63,056 bases of DNA, filler included, from Hyphochytrium catenoides (GCA_900088475.1; 15 parts of 15 records of this genome joined end to end with filler, not necessarily neighbours in it), one strand, 5' to 3'; positions 1-13,525 are shown, counted from the first letter of the whole stretch. The notes: a model not told the origin generated them from the letters alone. Numbers and translations: made by a program.

Positions 1-167
1 ATGTCACCATCCTCATACTTCACGTCACATGTGCCGTCCGAATGAACCTTTGTAACAATTGCTTGGTACAGCTTCGATCTCCCTTTAAAGTTGACATTTA
101 CTCGCTCATTTAGATGGATCTGGTGCCTGTTGATGTCTTCTTTTTGAGGCGAATTGCTTTTGGGCAT
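1..167 (-). CDS. Tudor-like domain protein, N-terminal part (runs off window start)
   Basis: My translation from ATG at 167 (in-frame TGA just upstream): MPKSNSPQKEDINRHQIHLNERVNVNFKGRSKLYQAIVTKVHSDGTCDVKYEDGD. Fits the Tudor/SH3-like pattern V-x-A/V-x-F/Y-x-G...Y-x-A/G-x-I/V...DGTxDVxYxDGD. Not in the ORF track. Confidence 0.7.
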   Translation of the reverse strand, partial: MPKSNSPQKEDINRHQIHLNERVNVNFKGRSKLYQAIVTKVHSDGTCDVKYEDGD

Positions 168-889
168 TTTGCATCACCAGAAGATGGTCCGTTTAATCAG
201 TTAGGTCCTCATCTTCTTGGTTCTATGATAACGCTTCCCAAATCGGACCTATTCATCCTATTAGGCAACGCTTGCAAGAGCTAAATGAGAGACTGGCTGT
301 GAGCCTACTGTTTGGCCTGCCGTCTCAGTTCGGAGGCCTTATAGAGCTGCGCAGCGCTGATTATTGTCGCGAAGCTTTGACACTTCAGAAGCAACACCAA
401 GCGCTGTGCCAAGTTGAAGCTGCGAACATACCAGCAAAATGAAGGACCTTTCATCCAGACCTCCCCTCGGCCAATAATATGTGAATTTCATTTCAAAAGG
501 CGGCAATATTAGGGTCAATGATGCGCACTCTGGATGCCGACAATCAGTGTTATATTTAGAGGAAAGTATTGCTGTGGAAATTGAAAGGTCTGGACGATGT
601 AATTGGGTAGGTTAGTTCGGGGCAAACCTTCAAACAAAAGAATGCGACGAGATTAGGAAGCCTCTGTTTGTAATATGTGCGGGGCAATAATAGATGAATT
701 TGGATTTCTGAAGCTTTCTGCTTTCTGCAGATTTGAGTTTATAGAGTAACTGAGATGTGAAGCCACGATGGGGCAGATGACGATGGCTGAGAATCGTCAA
801 TTGTATAACGTAAAGGAAGACCATCCCCGTTGCTGAGTTTCTATTGGCGGCACGACCAGGTGTAGGTCGCACAGCAATACAGGTTTACA

Positions 890-3800
890 ATGTCACAAGG
901 TACCACCGGCTCTCTACTATTGCTGCCGGCAACACGGTGTCCTCTAATATGACCGAAAGTAGAGCCATACCAAGAGCCCCCATGGGCTGGCTCTCCAACT
1001 CCTGCCTCGAGTTGGAATCTGGAGGTACTCAAGGGTGGGCAGATTCTAACGACCATTGACCTCGCTGGCGGAGAGAAGAGCTGCTTCATGATTGGTAAGA
1101 GCTGTCAGCAATCTGTAACAGTCTCACGGACGACATAACCTCAGACGATGTTCATTATGTAGGGCGACGAGGTGATCTCTGTGACATAGTTCTAGAGCAT
1201 CCCTCGATATCCAGACTGCATGCGGTTCTCCAATTCTCAAAAGACGGTTGGCCATTTCGGTGCTCTGCGCTTAGCTCCTCGTCCCCTCATCACTTCATGT
1301 AGGGCACCTCTTTCTTTACGACTTAGGCAGCACCCACGGGAGCACGGTCAATAAAAAGAAGGCTCAACCAAAGGTTAGTCTCTGAAAGTCGATAGACCGA
1401 ACGGGTTTCTATAACTGGTCCCCTATGGAGGACTAATCCTTTTTTGTATGGGGTAAGACTTATGTTGCAGTGAATGTCGGGGATATGCTAGCCTTTGGAG
1501 AATCGACCAGACTCTACGTTGTTAACGGCCCTGCTGAGGTACGTTGACTAATCTTCACGCTCCCGAGGAATGCTGGGCTCTCGTTTGGGTTATCCCTACC
1601 CTACACCTCTAATGGTCTTTTGCCTACCTTATGTCGGAATCCCTGAACACAGTTAATGCCCGCGGAATACGAGAGCGAAAGACTAAAGATCCTCAGAGAG
1701 AAGGTGCTTTGCTTTCCCTTGTTGCGCATTAACACAGCTGAGTGGACGGTTTTAACCTTATAACTACCTGCGACCAGCTTGAAACCAGGAGAGATGAAGA
1801 GAGTCGTACCGTCCCCAAAAGCTCTGAGACGCCCGAGGATACCAGCGTGAGCTGGGGCTTCAGAGAAGATGCGGTGGAGGAAGAGGAAGAAGAGCCTCGT
1901 GACGATGAAGGAAACTCAAGTGGGAGACAGATGCCAGAGTATTTAAAGAAGGTTAGTCACTACATATCGCTGCCTCTTCCGCGCTTTGTTGTCCTTCTTA
2001 CAGGTAGACGCAGGCAATGTTGAAGGAAAAAGAGAAGTTTACCCCCACCATCACTGAGTCGGACGTAGTAGAAAAGGTTGGTGCACGGGTCTCAATCTCT
2101 GTGGACTAGTTAGAGGAGTCAAGTGAAGATAGCTAGCGTTAAGGGAGTGAAAGGCCAGAAGCGCGTCCTGCCATAACGATACGGCCCTGCAGAATAGGAA
2201 ACGTTGTTCTAAGGTTCAAAGGAGGTCTGGGAATGGAAGAGTGGACAATGGACTGCCCTAGAGACAAGGCGACGATGCTAAGCCTGCCCGTTGCCTTCAG
2301 GACCGCAAACTCTTTGAGAAACTTCAAAAGAAGGTCCAAAAGCTAGAAAATCTTAGAACTGAAATCGAGAGAATTACTGCCAAAGAGAACGATCAAGCCG
2401 GGCTCACAGAAGGACAACAACAGACAATAGCTAGGAACGAAAAGCGGATAAAGGACTTGGAGGAAGAGGTGGAGCAAATAGAAGACACGATCAGAGAAAG
2501 GTAAGCCTTATGGTCTCCTGACCATTTCTTATTTGCCTAACTTCCCTAATGCTCCCTTCTCTAAGAAATGCGCAACGTGAGGGAAGTGCCGTAGCGAAGC
2601 GAAAGAAGCGGAAAGCCGAAAGCGAAGAGGAATATAACAGCGAAGAAGACGACTTCTATGACCGGACCGGCACTGTCAAAAAGAAGCGCCATGCTCAAGG
2701 TATGCCTGTAGGTTCCTCCTGCTCGCTCCATTTAGCCTTAGAGATCCTTCTCGCTAGGTCATCATACTTTTTTGAACGCACCTTAGCTGCATTTCACGTT
2801 CTTCTCTCAGCTAGTAGCCCCATTTTCCTGGTGTGGCCTCTTCACTTTTGTTTTGATTATGGGAACATAGGGAATAAGGCCACCAGTGCTACATTGAAGG
2901 CTGAGACGGTAGAGTCTTTGGAGAGCCAACTTGCAGAAGTTACTGGAAAGCTCCAGAATCTACATGAAGAAATCGAGGAGCTCAGCAAAAAAGCGGCCTC
3001 AAGGTTTTTCCAATGCTATTCGTGCTACCTCTACACAGCTCTCACCGTCGTTCTTTTCACCCACATTCCTTACTTCCTTGTTGTTGACGTCTAGTACCAT
3101 CGCTTTGCCATTACCCTAGTCCTGCCGGATTGGATACCCGTCCCATCTTGAAACAGTGACACTTCTCTTTATCTTATGCCTCACAGTGAGGAAACTGGTG
3201 AAGTCGATTCTTTGGACGCATTTATGATGCAAACTAGTAAAGACGTCGTGACAGAGATGCTCCTGGTAACAGCTTCCTATTGATCTTGCCGCGATTTGGA
3301 CTATGGGTGACCGACTCTCTTCGCGTTTGCCTACCCTTGCAGAGAGATGTTTTCATCTCAAGCCCCTCTACATTTATATTTTTTCCCGCTAACAAAGACC
3401 TTTGCAGTCTAAAGAAAAGCAGAAGAAAGAACTGGGATTGGAGAAGAAGAGGATAGAAACTCTTCTATCGATCGCCAGGCCTGCACTACCGGGACTTGTG
3501 GCAGCAGTGCCGAAGACAAAAGAAGCGCAACCAGCTTCAGAAACAAGACCTAGAGACATCATGGTTCAAAAACCTATCGAAAAGGAAGCGTCCCCTTCTG
3601 CAGAGACAGAGGTGGCTACCCGTCCGACCTCTCCTTCTAAACCTGCGTCAAGGCCGGAGGCGCAATCGAAGAAGATTGTCCAGCCGACGAATGAGCAAAG
3701 TGGAAAAACCTCTCCAAAGACAGCAGTGGCGGCCAAGAGTAAGGGTCCTTTGTTACCCCAGGGACCAGCTCCGGCTACGGAAAGTCCTCGACAGGGGCTG

Positions 3801-3989
3801 CAGGTACGAGGAGCAAAGCGGCCGCTTAGTCCTGCTCAAGACGCCACTAGGATACAGCCTTCTTCGGCTCCTCGGCCGACTTCAAAGGTCAGAACTGAAG
3901 AAGAAGAGGAGGAGGACGTCACATGGGTACCGCCGTCCAACCAACGCGGCGATGGAAGGACACCGCTGAAAGATAAATACGGTTACTAA
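890..3989 (+). CDS. SLC4A1AP: Kanadaptin-like FHA-domain protein (multi-exon)
   Basis: Spliced by GT-AG introns (first intron 900-962): MSQEPYQEPPWAG...LEVLKGGQIL...FMIGRRGDLCDIVLEHPSISRLHAVLQF...LYDLGSTHGSTVN...VGDMLAFGESTRLY (FHA core). Also SWGFREDA, EEDDFYDRTG, DSLDAFM and the C-terminus WVPPSNQRGDGRTPLKDKYGY*, all kanadaptin hallmarks. Confidence 0.93.
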
Positions 3990-4143
3990 CTGGCTTGTAT
4001 ATAAGCATTAAGCTCAGCGACAGAAGAGTTATTCTTATGTTCATTTCCTCTTAAACATCTTCTCGGTTATGTCGTCTCCGGACGGGTGAATGCCTTCTAG
4101 TAAACGAGAAGTAGCCAGGGATAGAAGTCTTTAGCTGTGCTGC

Positions 4144-5663
4144 CTAGGCAGATGTAGGGTTGGATGGACAAGGATGGTGACGATCCCATTCGTATCTTGG
4201 GCAGTTGAAGTCTGTCAGAGCACAGTTCCAGCTTCCGCAGTAACCGAGAGATCTGCAAAGAATGCGCGCTGAAGACAGCAGGTTAGAAGCTTGCCTGTTC
4301 CCACCTTAAGGACCCGCGCTTTGGCCGCGCAGTCCTGAAGAAGCAGGCGCAACAAGAACAGTACTCTACTACCAATATGAGTCTCTCTTGGCAATTGTTG
4401 CCCGCTCAGAGCTACACTCTCATCTACTCTTCTTACTCTATTGTTCTTTGCTCTCCATTTTTCTATCGCCGTTGACATCTAGAACTCTACTCACCAGAGT
4501 TATGAGCGCAGAACTCGAACTTCTCCTTCTTGGCATAGGAGTGGGAGAATGGAGAGAGCTCCGCGCAAGAGCAACGCGAGACTGCCATCGCCGTGTTTCT
4601 CAGCTCATCAGCTCTCAAACAGTCCTCAGAGCACATCACCCGACTAATGTCCTTCGTCCGTGGAGGTCCATGACCGCCGGCAGTGCTGATGATACCATAA
4701 GGGCAGAATAACATTAGCGCAGTGAGGAAGAGAATGCCTCGAAATGGTTAGATGGTAATAAGGACACGGAGAGCAAGTGATGGGAGATCGCCCATTAGCA
4801 CTGAAAAGCCGATGGCACTTAGACCGTGACGGAGAAGCGAGAGATTCATTGCAGTAGACTAGTAGCCCGATTCGATCCTCCCTCTCTCTCTCTTCCTCAT
4901 CTCCTTCAGCCCTGCAATTTTTTCTCTTTCCCGCGAGAGTTTTCCTTCACCTGAGCCTCAGATTATCTAGCCGCTGCATGCAGTTGTAGGTATAATAGTC
5001 GAGACGTCGGCCTTGGGGCGAGCTGGTGATATAATCATGATACTTTGAGAGCTGGCAGCTGGAGTCAGGAGAAGCCAGCCACTCCTCCTCGTCACCGCTG
5101 CCGCTGCCATCCTCATCGGGTGCTAAGACGACAGGAAGAGGGGCGAGGCAGGAAGTGTTAGCAGACAAAGCGAGGAGAGAGAGAGACAACGACAAGATTG
5201 ACGCTGGATAACAATAATTGCCAAACTCTCGGGGTAATGGGGTAAAGGTGGTGATGGCTCGTAAGCCCAGGGTTGGAGAGTACGAAGCCGAAGAAAGAGA
5301 GAAGTAATAAGAGGCTCCGCAGAGGACTGCTCCCAGTGAGCACGGCGCCTCGTGCGGTGCAATGCAGCCGAAACACAAGGTGAATGGAGAAGAGAGACGA
5401 GAGAAAAGAGTGGTGACACATATGGAGGCAGTATGCGCATGCATCTACCACCGACTGACATGAGGCGCACAGAAAAAGAAGAAGAAGACTAAGAAAACAT
5501 CGCTGTAGCTACCTGCTGCTAATGCACTCTCACCTAGTACCGCAGCTGTTACCGAGGAAGATTGATATAAGGCGCTGCTTAGCAGTAGAAGGAGGACGTT
5601 CACCACCACCAAGAGTCGCGATGATGCGGAGACGGAGAAGAGACGCCTTCGAAAGGAACGCAT
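4144..5663 (-). CDS. Cysteine-rich secreted hypothetical protein (4 exons, 212 aa)
   Basis: Exons 5663-5513, 5122-4951, 4685-4495 and 4268-4144 join in phase with GT-AG ends (639 nt). Hydrophobic N-terminal segment LLVVVNVLLLLLSS; 12 Cys, e.g. VMCSEDC...RCSC...FCAHNSARILCRSLGYCGSWNCALTDFNCPRYEW. Confidence 0.75.
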
Positions 5664-6133
5664 GCCACCGTCATTCGGCCGCCGCCGCCCGCAGTGATGA
5701 ACCTCAGTATACTCTTATTATCTGGAGGAGGAGGTGGGCATGCCTTCACCACTGTCCAGCAGGAGGAGACACCAACCTGCTGTGGAAGAAGTGAAGAAGG
5801 GAAAGAGAGAGTGCCGATGTATGCCAAAGCGAGATGATGATTGCTGATGCTCTCGGCTCTGTGTATCCAATGACGTTACATGATGAAGACGGAGAGCGAA
5901 AAGCCGTGAAGAGAGACTGATCAAGAGAGAGGAGCAAAGATCGTCAGAGAGGCGGTGGCAAAGGAAGAGGAAGGACGAGAAAGAGACAGATAGACAGATA
6001 ATAAGTTGGAAGAGAGATGATGGTGAGAACACGAGCGCAGTGACAGAATAGAGAAAGAGCGAGAGGAGTGAGAAAAGAGAGAGACATGAATAGAGAAAGA
6101 ACAAGAGAGACGAGATGAATAGAGAGAGAAAAA

Positions 6134-6179
<46 letters not shown>

Positions 6180-6926
6180 AGAGGGAAAGCTAGAAGAAAG
6201 AGAGGAGGAGGAGGAAAAAAAATGGCCGTTTCTCTCCTAGTCCCCCTCCCCCTGTCAACATCCACTAAACCTGGGTCTCCAACCCTCGGAAAGGCTGGGT
6301 AACATAGGTCTACCCAGACCCATCTTCCGGGCTTTTGCAACTCTTGCCGAACAAGTAACAGCACACACCGTCACCATCACCCGGCAAATCCCGGTTAACC
6401 ATACTCACCCATATTCATCATAGTGGGTTTCACAGTTACCCATTTGCTATCAGTTTACTCTATAACCAGGTTATCTGTATAGCAATCCCGTGCCTCTTTC
6501 CTGTTCTTCCTTTTCTCTTCCTCTCTCTCTCGGTGTCGCTTCTTCCCCCTTCCTCCTTCCCCTCTGACCCTTCTCTCCTGTTCAGATCCTTCCCTGTCTG
6601 CCTCCTTTTGGCCGTCTCCATACCGCCGCCGCCCCGCTGCGATAGAGCCACATCGTCATCGCATCTTCACTGTCATCAGCCGCAGATTCGACATCCAAAC
6701 GCTGCTGCACGAGCAGGAGAGACCTATAGGAGAAGTGGTTTATAAGAGAAGAGAAGAAGAGAAGATATTCTACCTACGTTGTGAGCGTGTGCCTGTGCCA
6801 CATCATTTGCCCGTATAGGACGAAGAGAGGTTTATTCATTCACCTGAGCAAAGCATTGAGAAGCGCCACATAATCTTACAGACAAACAGAACGAAGAGAG
6901 ACAAGCAAGAGGCAGAAGAGGGAAGG

Positions 6927-9806
6927 ATGATGGAGACTGAAGCACTTAGAGGCGATAGCGGCCCGGCAGCTCCGTTTGACCTCCAAGTACGCACTGACAA
7001 CGGGACCTTTGTGGTCCAAGTATCAGCCACCAACAGGATCAGCGAGGTCAAAGTGAGGATCTCGGCCCTTAAGAACATTCCAACGGAAAAGCAAGTGCTT
7101 AGTAAGGGTAAGGGCATTCGTTGTCTGTGACTGTCTAGGCGGAACGGACGCTATTGTTATCTTTTGTCTCTCCTTCACGCCATGGTCGCTTCGTCTCTTT
7201 ACTTTTCGCTCCCTGTGACTGATGTCTACCAGTGCCAGTGCCTGCCCTTCGGCCCTGCCCATGCGTGTTGCGTGGCTTCTCACTTATTTGCACCGTTGTA
7301 TAGAGGGTGGCGAACCTCTAGAGGACACAGCCATCGTAGGTTCACTGGGGTTGCAGCGTGGCTCCACCTTGGTCCTGAAGACCAAGTCTGCGGGGTAAGC
7401 AGCTAGAAAGAGAGGAAAGCCGTTCTGCACGGGCATCCTGGGGAAGGACAAAGAGAGCCTATGAACGGAGAGAAGATATTCAGACAGAGCCGATGTCGAT
7501 TTGATTTAGGAGACATAGAGGACGAGCGCATTATGGCTGGGAGAATGTTCTAGAGACGGAAAAAGAGAGGGAGAGAAGACCGACAGAGGAGGGCAAACAG
7601 CCCTTGGTTCACTCTTTGACTCTTTCTTGCTTTCCAGGGAAGATGAGGATCAACTTCCTCCAGAGGAGCTACCCAGAGCTCTGGTGGTGACGAACATCCC
7701 ACTACGACCCAGAGTAAGACTCAGATGAGAAACAGGGAAGAAGGGGATCTAACGTGGCCCATAAGCGATGAGAAGACGGAGAGGAAAAGCGATAGGAGAG
7801 GGATTGAGCTCATGTAACTTTCTCTGTTTGTCCCTATGCAGGACCAGACAGAGGAGGAGATTGTTCAGGTCTTCTACAAGTTTGGCGAGATCACACGCCT
7901 GATACTGAAGAGGTTTGTCTAGATGCTGGTCTCTCTCCCTATAGCGGTGACTGCGATGTGCTGCTAGCTCTTTCCTCTCTCTCGTGTCTCCTTTTCTTCT
8001 CGCTCTTACCCACTTTGTGTTATGCCTAATGGCGTGACTGGCTCGGTTTTGCTAGTCTGAACCTTTCTTCCTTCTCTAGCGACAGCCAGAGCAGCCAGCA
8101 TGCGGTTCTTATTTTCTCAGCAGAGGATGCGGTCAAGCGCGCGGCAGAGCAGTCCTCTCTCCTTCTCTTCGGTAAAAGAGTGAATGTCATCCCAGCCTCC
8201 CGCCTTTCTAAGGCCCCAGGAAGCTCAGGCGTTCTTAATGAGGGTAAGAAGATAGGGAAGATGGGAACAGAGGGGCTAAGGAGGAGCAGCAAGGAGGGGC
8301 ATGCACGTAGAAGGGAGACATGGGGGAATCCTTAGAGCTGAACGATCGCAAGATTAAAGGAGACGATAGAGTGCCAGACAGCTAAGTGTTCCCTGGACGT
8401 GTCTAACTATTATCTCATACTCTCTTATTAGCCAGCAGCGCTTTGGGCTCACTCTTCGCTGGAGGATACCTGATGACCAAGCAGGCCTTCTCCACAATAA
8501 GCAAGTTAGCTGGTGCGGTTCTCTATACTCCTCCCGCTTCCAATATCCCAGTCTTCGGAGCTCACACGTTTCATCTTTCTTGCTCTCTCTTACTTTGTTA
8601 TCTGCCTGTTTGGAGCCATTATATTGCCTTCTTTCCCTGAGTACTTCGGCCCTAACGCTTACCGCTTGTGAACAGATGAAGCCAAGGTTCCAGAAACCGT
8701 AAAAGGCGGGGCGGAGAAGGCTCGCTCTACGGCTCTGGCTCTTGATGAAAAGACAAAGTTGACCGAAAAAGTTTCCGGCTTGGCTGCAGCTGGTAAGAAA
8801 GAGAGGCAAGACGGAGAGAGACAGAGATAGATAGAGAGACATTAAGACGACTACTTCTAGCTGGAAGAGACCGTCTTCAGCCATCTGCCTTGTATCTCCT
8901 AGATGTCACTAGTCCCTTCAGCACCTGGTATCCTGTTCTTTTATTTTGCAGCTCGCTTTTCTCCCCTTTCCCTACGTTCATTGCCGGATTCTTGTCCTCA
9001 TCCTACTCCGTCAGTCTCTGATTGGTCCTTCTTCACTAGTCCTGGGTTTCTATTGAATGCACCGTGCGCAGTTTGGACGTGCCCTGTAACAGTAACATAA
9101 CATCCTCTCTACCTTTGTTTATGTCCCCTTTATCTTTCTGACAACTATAGCGAAAGGGACGGCAGCGCAGTTGGACTCTCGTCTTCACCTGTCGTCTACA
9201 GCTTCATCGGTAGGCCAGGCAGCGGCCGTCCAGGCGAACGCAGCGGCTAAGACGGCAGCCAACACTGCACAGCAGATTTCCTCCAAAGTAAGGACTTGGT
9301 GTTGTGTGGGTGATGAGCTAAGATGTTGATGGGTGACGGGAATGGGATGGCCTAAAGGTAATGGAGAGGATGCAAGATGCGCCAAAAGAAGCAGGAGAGT
9401 AGGGGAGATATGAGATGGGCTGAGCAGACAAGAAGAAAGAGAGAAAGAGACAGGGTGGATCAAAGAGAAAATGACATGGAAGAACGAAAAACAGGAGAGG
9501 TGTTATCTGTCCTAACTGGATCTATGCCTTTTCCCACGACTATACCAGGCCATGCAGAATGAATATGTGAGCACAGGGGTTAAGTCCATAGGAAGTATCT
9601 TCCAGACAGTGGCTGCCTTCTCGGCTAAGACCGTGGAACAGACCAAGAAAAAGATCGCGGAGGGAGAGTCTCCATCGTCTCTTCCTGCAGCTCCATCCTC
9701 TGCACCCGCGGCCACGTTTGCGGCTCCACAACCTCCTCCGCCCCTCGCCCCCAGTGCAGAGACAGGAGGACAGACTAAGATGGGCTCTAAGGCTATGGAT
9801 ATCTAA
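6927..9806 (+). CDS. Ubiquitin-like domain + RRM + Vip1/BPA1-like helical C-terminus (multi-exon)
   Basis: Exons 1-2: FDLQVRT...ISEVKVRISALKNIPTEKQVL...GEPLEDTAIVGSLGLQRGSTLVL (UBL). Then LVVTNIP...TEEEIVQVFYKFGEITRLIL...AVLIFSAEDAVKRA...LFGKRVNV (RRM). Then SLFAGGYLMTKQAF...LDEKTKLTEK...MQNEYVSTG, resembling Vip1/BPA1. The introns I checked are GT-AG and phase-consistent. Confidence 0.78.
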
Positions 9807-10499
9807 GAGACAAATAGTATCGACGAACTCTAGGCAGAAGGAAGCAACTGAGTAAATGAGACAAAAGAAAAACGAAGAAACGCTAAACACTATCCAAATG
9901 CACGGAAGAAGGTTGGCCTGGATCCAGCTCGAAGGAGAGAGACACGGGAAGACAGGGTGAACGAATACCAGCAAATAGCTTAAGTTGCAGGCGTAGCTAG
10001 CATTTATAGGTATATACAGGTGACTGATTCATTTTTTTATCAACAGCCCAACTTTCTATCAGATCTCCTCGCTAGGTACATTCTCTCAATTGTGCAAGTG
10101 AGGGGTGGGGCAAGGAATCGTCATGTTGGTCTCTCTCTCTCTCTCTCTCTCTCGCTCTCTTCTCTCTCTCTCTCTCTCTNNNNNNNNNNNNNNNNNNNNN
10201 NNNNNNNNNNNNNNNNNNNNNNNTTAATTAATTAANNNNNNNNNNNNNNNNNNNNNNNNNNNNNNNNNNNNNNNNNNNNAACATGCTCTGCGATGAAGAG
10301 TGGATGTCTCTCAAGACTGGCTGCTGGCAGCAGGAGAGCAATACTCTCCTCAAGCTTAGGACAGGAGCCTGCGACGGGAACCGGGGCATTGCACCCCGGT
10401 CTCTCATAGGGCACAAGCTTCATAGCCGTTGACCGCAGAAGATCTACCGTTCATGGCTAAATTATAAGGTTATAGGACTCCGCTCCGTCGAGCTAATAG

Positions 10500-13474
10500 T
10501 TATGGAGACAAAGGGCGCCAGTTCCTTGCGAAGCTTGACTCCTGGGCCCTAGTCAAGAGCTTTTCATGCACCCGAGAGCCTAAGCTGCTGACTAGTGCAT
10601 AGAAGTGAGAGTTAGGATCCTTCAGCAGCCTCGAAGGTGCGTCACACTCTACTGCCACGCCCGCGCTCATCACGGCTACTCTATCACTATCAATGATGGT
10701 CTCTAGACGATGAGCTATGCACAGAACCGTCCTGTCTGCAAAGTTCTGTCTGATGGCTTGCTGGATGACAGCATCAGTGGAAGTGTCAACATTAGCCGTC
10801 GCTTCATCGATCACGATAATCTTGCTCTGGCGCAGAAGAGCTCTGCAAATGCAGATCAGTTGTCGCTGGCCGACTGAGAGATTCTCCCCGTTCTCCGAGA
10901 CCGAGCCATGCAGCTGTCCCGGCATGGCTTGAATGTCACGCTTAAGATTGACGCGGCTGAGAGTCTAAAAGAGAGAAGAGAGGCCTGCTCAGCAACGGGG
11001 AAAGGTGTTTCGCTTCACTCCCCCTTCTCGTGCACCGGTCTGGACGGCCTTTCTATTATCGCTTATACATTTCCTCTATCATGACTCTTCTTAGAACTTA
11101 CATTCCAGAGTTCACTGTCTTCGTACTCTTCGAAGGGATCCAAGTTGCTCCTGATCGTCCCACTGAAAAGGACTAAAGAATGCAAGAGAGGAAGAAGTCA
11201 ACCATAGTTCACGCTAGTAAAGGAAGGGAGAGAAAGAGAGAGAAGGGATACAGCGGCGAGGATAGGATAACAGAAGAGGGATGGCGTAGCTAGATAACGC
11301 TCCACAGTTCGAGATGTGGTCCTTACCTGGATCCTGAGGGATAATAGCAAAGCGGGAGCGCAAAGTCTGGAGTCCAACCGTAGAGATATCCACACCGTCG
11401 ATGATGATCTTACCGCTGTCAAGCTGGAGGAAGTCAGAGAAGAGGAGAGAGAGAGACTATGAGACGTTGTGACGCAGAGGATGCCTGTCCTCTCAGCAAG
11501 CCTACCTCAATGATACGAAACAGTGCTTGGACTATGGAACTCTTGCCTGCGCCAGTGCGGCCGACGATACCTAAGAGCATGGACGTCTTTAATAGCGGAA
11601 GTTGAAGCATACCTCTCCCGCTTAAGAGAAAGGACAACGCAAGGCAGAGTCTCACTCCAGCATGGAAGTTCATAGAGGTAGAGGAGCCAGATGTAGAAAC
11701 ATCATCGCGAAAGACATTACTTGGCGTTTGATAGCATGAGAGACAGAGAGAGAGAGAGAGAGAACTCGTATTCCCGTTGAAGAGCCAAGGTAAGGACGTT
11801 AGTGCGAAGATATATCTCTGGCTCGGTCTCACACACCTATCTTCTCCATCGGCCTGACAGTGAGGTTGATGCCTTTCAGCACCAGCTCTAGATCGGGGCG
11901 ATAGCGCAGCTTTACCCCTCGAAACTCTATGGCGCCCTTCTGGGGCCAGTCCTTGGGCAGGTCCTGATCGTTGGGAAGGAGGGCTGGCGCCTCAGGCTTG
12001 ATAGAAGAATAATGTAGCAAACGTTCTGCTGAAGTCATCGTGTTTTCCAAAAGGACGTAGAGGCGCACCACCCATTGGACGAGGCCTGTCATCTGTAAGG
12101 CGTAGGAAAGAGCAAGCCCCGTCATCCCTGGGCAAGAAGAGAATAAAGACTCAACGTTAGCTATGACAGTCCAAGGAAGAGCTGGATAGAAGAAGGAGAG
12201 AACTGTTGACTTTCCAAACGTGATAGAGATGTAGTCAACCCAACAGAAAAGATAGAGAACGAGAGAGGGAAGGGAACAAGCGGGAAAGGAAGAGAAGGCC
12301 ATCTAACCATGGCCAGGCCAGTAGTCGTCACAGGTCTCATAAGAAGGAAAGAGAGGAACAGAGGCGCAAGGGAAGGCGGCCGCGGTCACGGGATAGGGAT
12401 GGAAGAAGTGATTACCGGGAGAGACAGAATCTCTCATCGCAACCGAGATCACACAGATTGAAACCACCAGGAGAGTGACCAGCAAGTCAAGGCGGAGAGC
12501 TAGCCACCGGCCAGCCATATTGAAGAGGAAGTAGAGAGAAGAGTTCTTGTCCAAGATCTGGCGGTATCTGTCAATAAAGTCCTACCAGAAGAGCAGAGAC
12601 TTAACCTAGGATAACGGTGACAAAGAGAACGAGAGTGCCAACGGAAGTCCGCGGAAGAGAGAAAGACACTAGACGTCCTGGCAAACAGAGAAAGCAGACG
12701 TGGGGAGACAGAGAAAGGGAAGACACTAGGGGCGAGAATTGCTTACATCTTGCAGTTGGAAGGCTCTAATGGTCCCCAAACCGTTCAGCATCTCTGAGAA
12801 CGAAGAGAAGAGAGGGGACCTGTCCACGAGGGCGAGCGCCGGTGCTATCTTAGTTCGACAGTCTCATATTTTCTTCCTTTCTCTCTTCTCCCTAACGAAA
12901 ATCTCTCTCTCTCTCTCTCTCTCTGTATGTCTCTCTCTATGTCTCTCATTTTTACTCGCTTTCTCTCGGTTCTCCCCTCGCTCTCTGTCTGTCTCTCTCT
13001 CTCGTCGCCTACCTCCCCTCTCGGTCTCTCTCTCTAGTCTCCGCCTCCCTCCCTCTCTGTCTCTCCTCTCTATACCTCTTTCTGGGTTCGGTGTCTCCTT
13101 TATCTCTCAAGTGCACCCGCATCTCTACTTCTTGTGAAGGACCAACCCTAGCGTTAACTACTGAAGTAGAGAAGAAGAGAACGCTTACCTTGAGATTCCC
13201 TCCAACCTCTTCAGCTCGGTCGAGGATCGCCTAAAGTATGTCTGAATGCCGAAGAAGAGTCCCAAAATCGGCCCATAAAGCGCAAGCATCCAGGGAGAGA
13301 CGAAGGCACAAGTGAGGAACATCGCCGTGATCATTACGACGTTCTGGAGAAAGGAGGAGAAGTTTTCCGGCAGTGCGCTATCAAGCTACACAGAAAAAAG
13401 GCCCAGGAACAAAGATGAGAGAGAGAGAAAAGCAAAGAAGGGAAAGAGAGAGTGAGAAAATGTGTGTGTGTGTG

Positions 13475-13525
<51 letters not shown>

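Noticed and set aside
10180-10279. TTAATTAATTAA between N runs, recurring 14 times
   Set aside because: Artificial six-frame-stop contig linker, not a biological repeat; it also rules out treating neighbouring contigs as a gene cluster.
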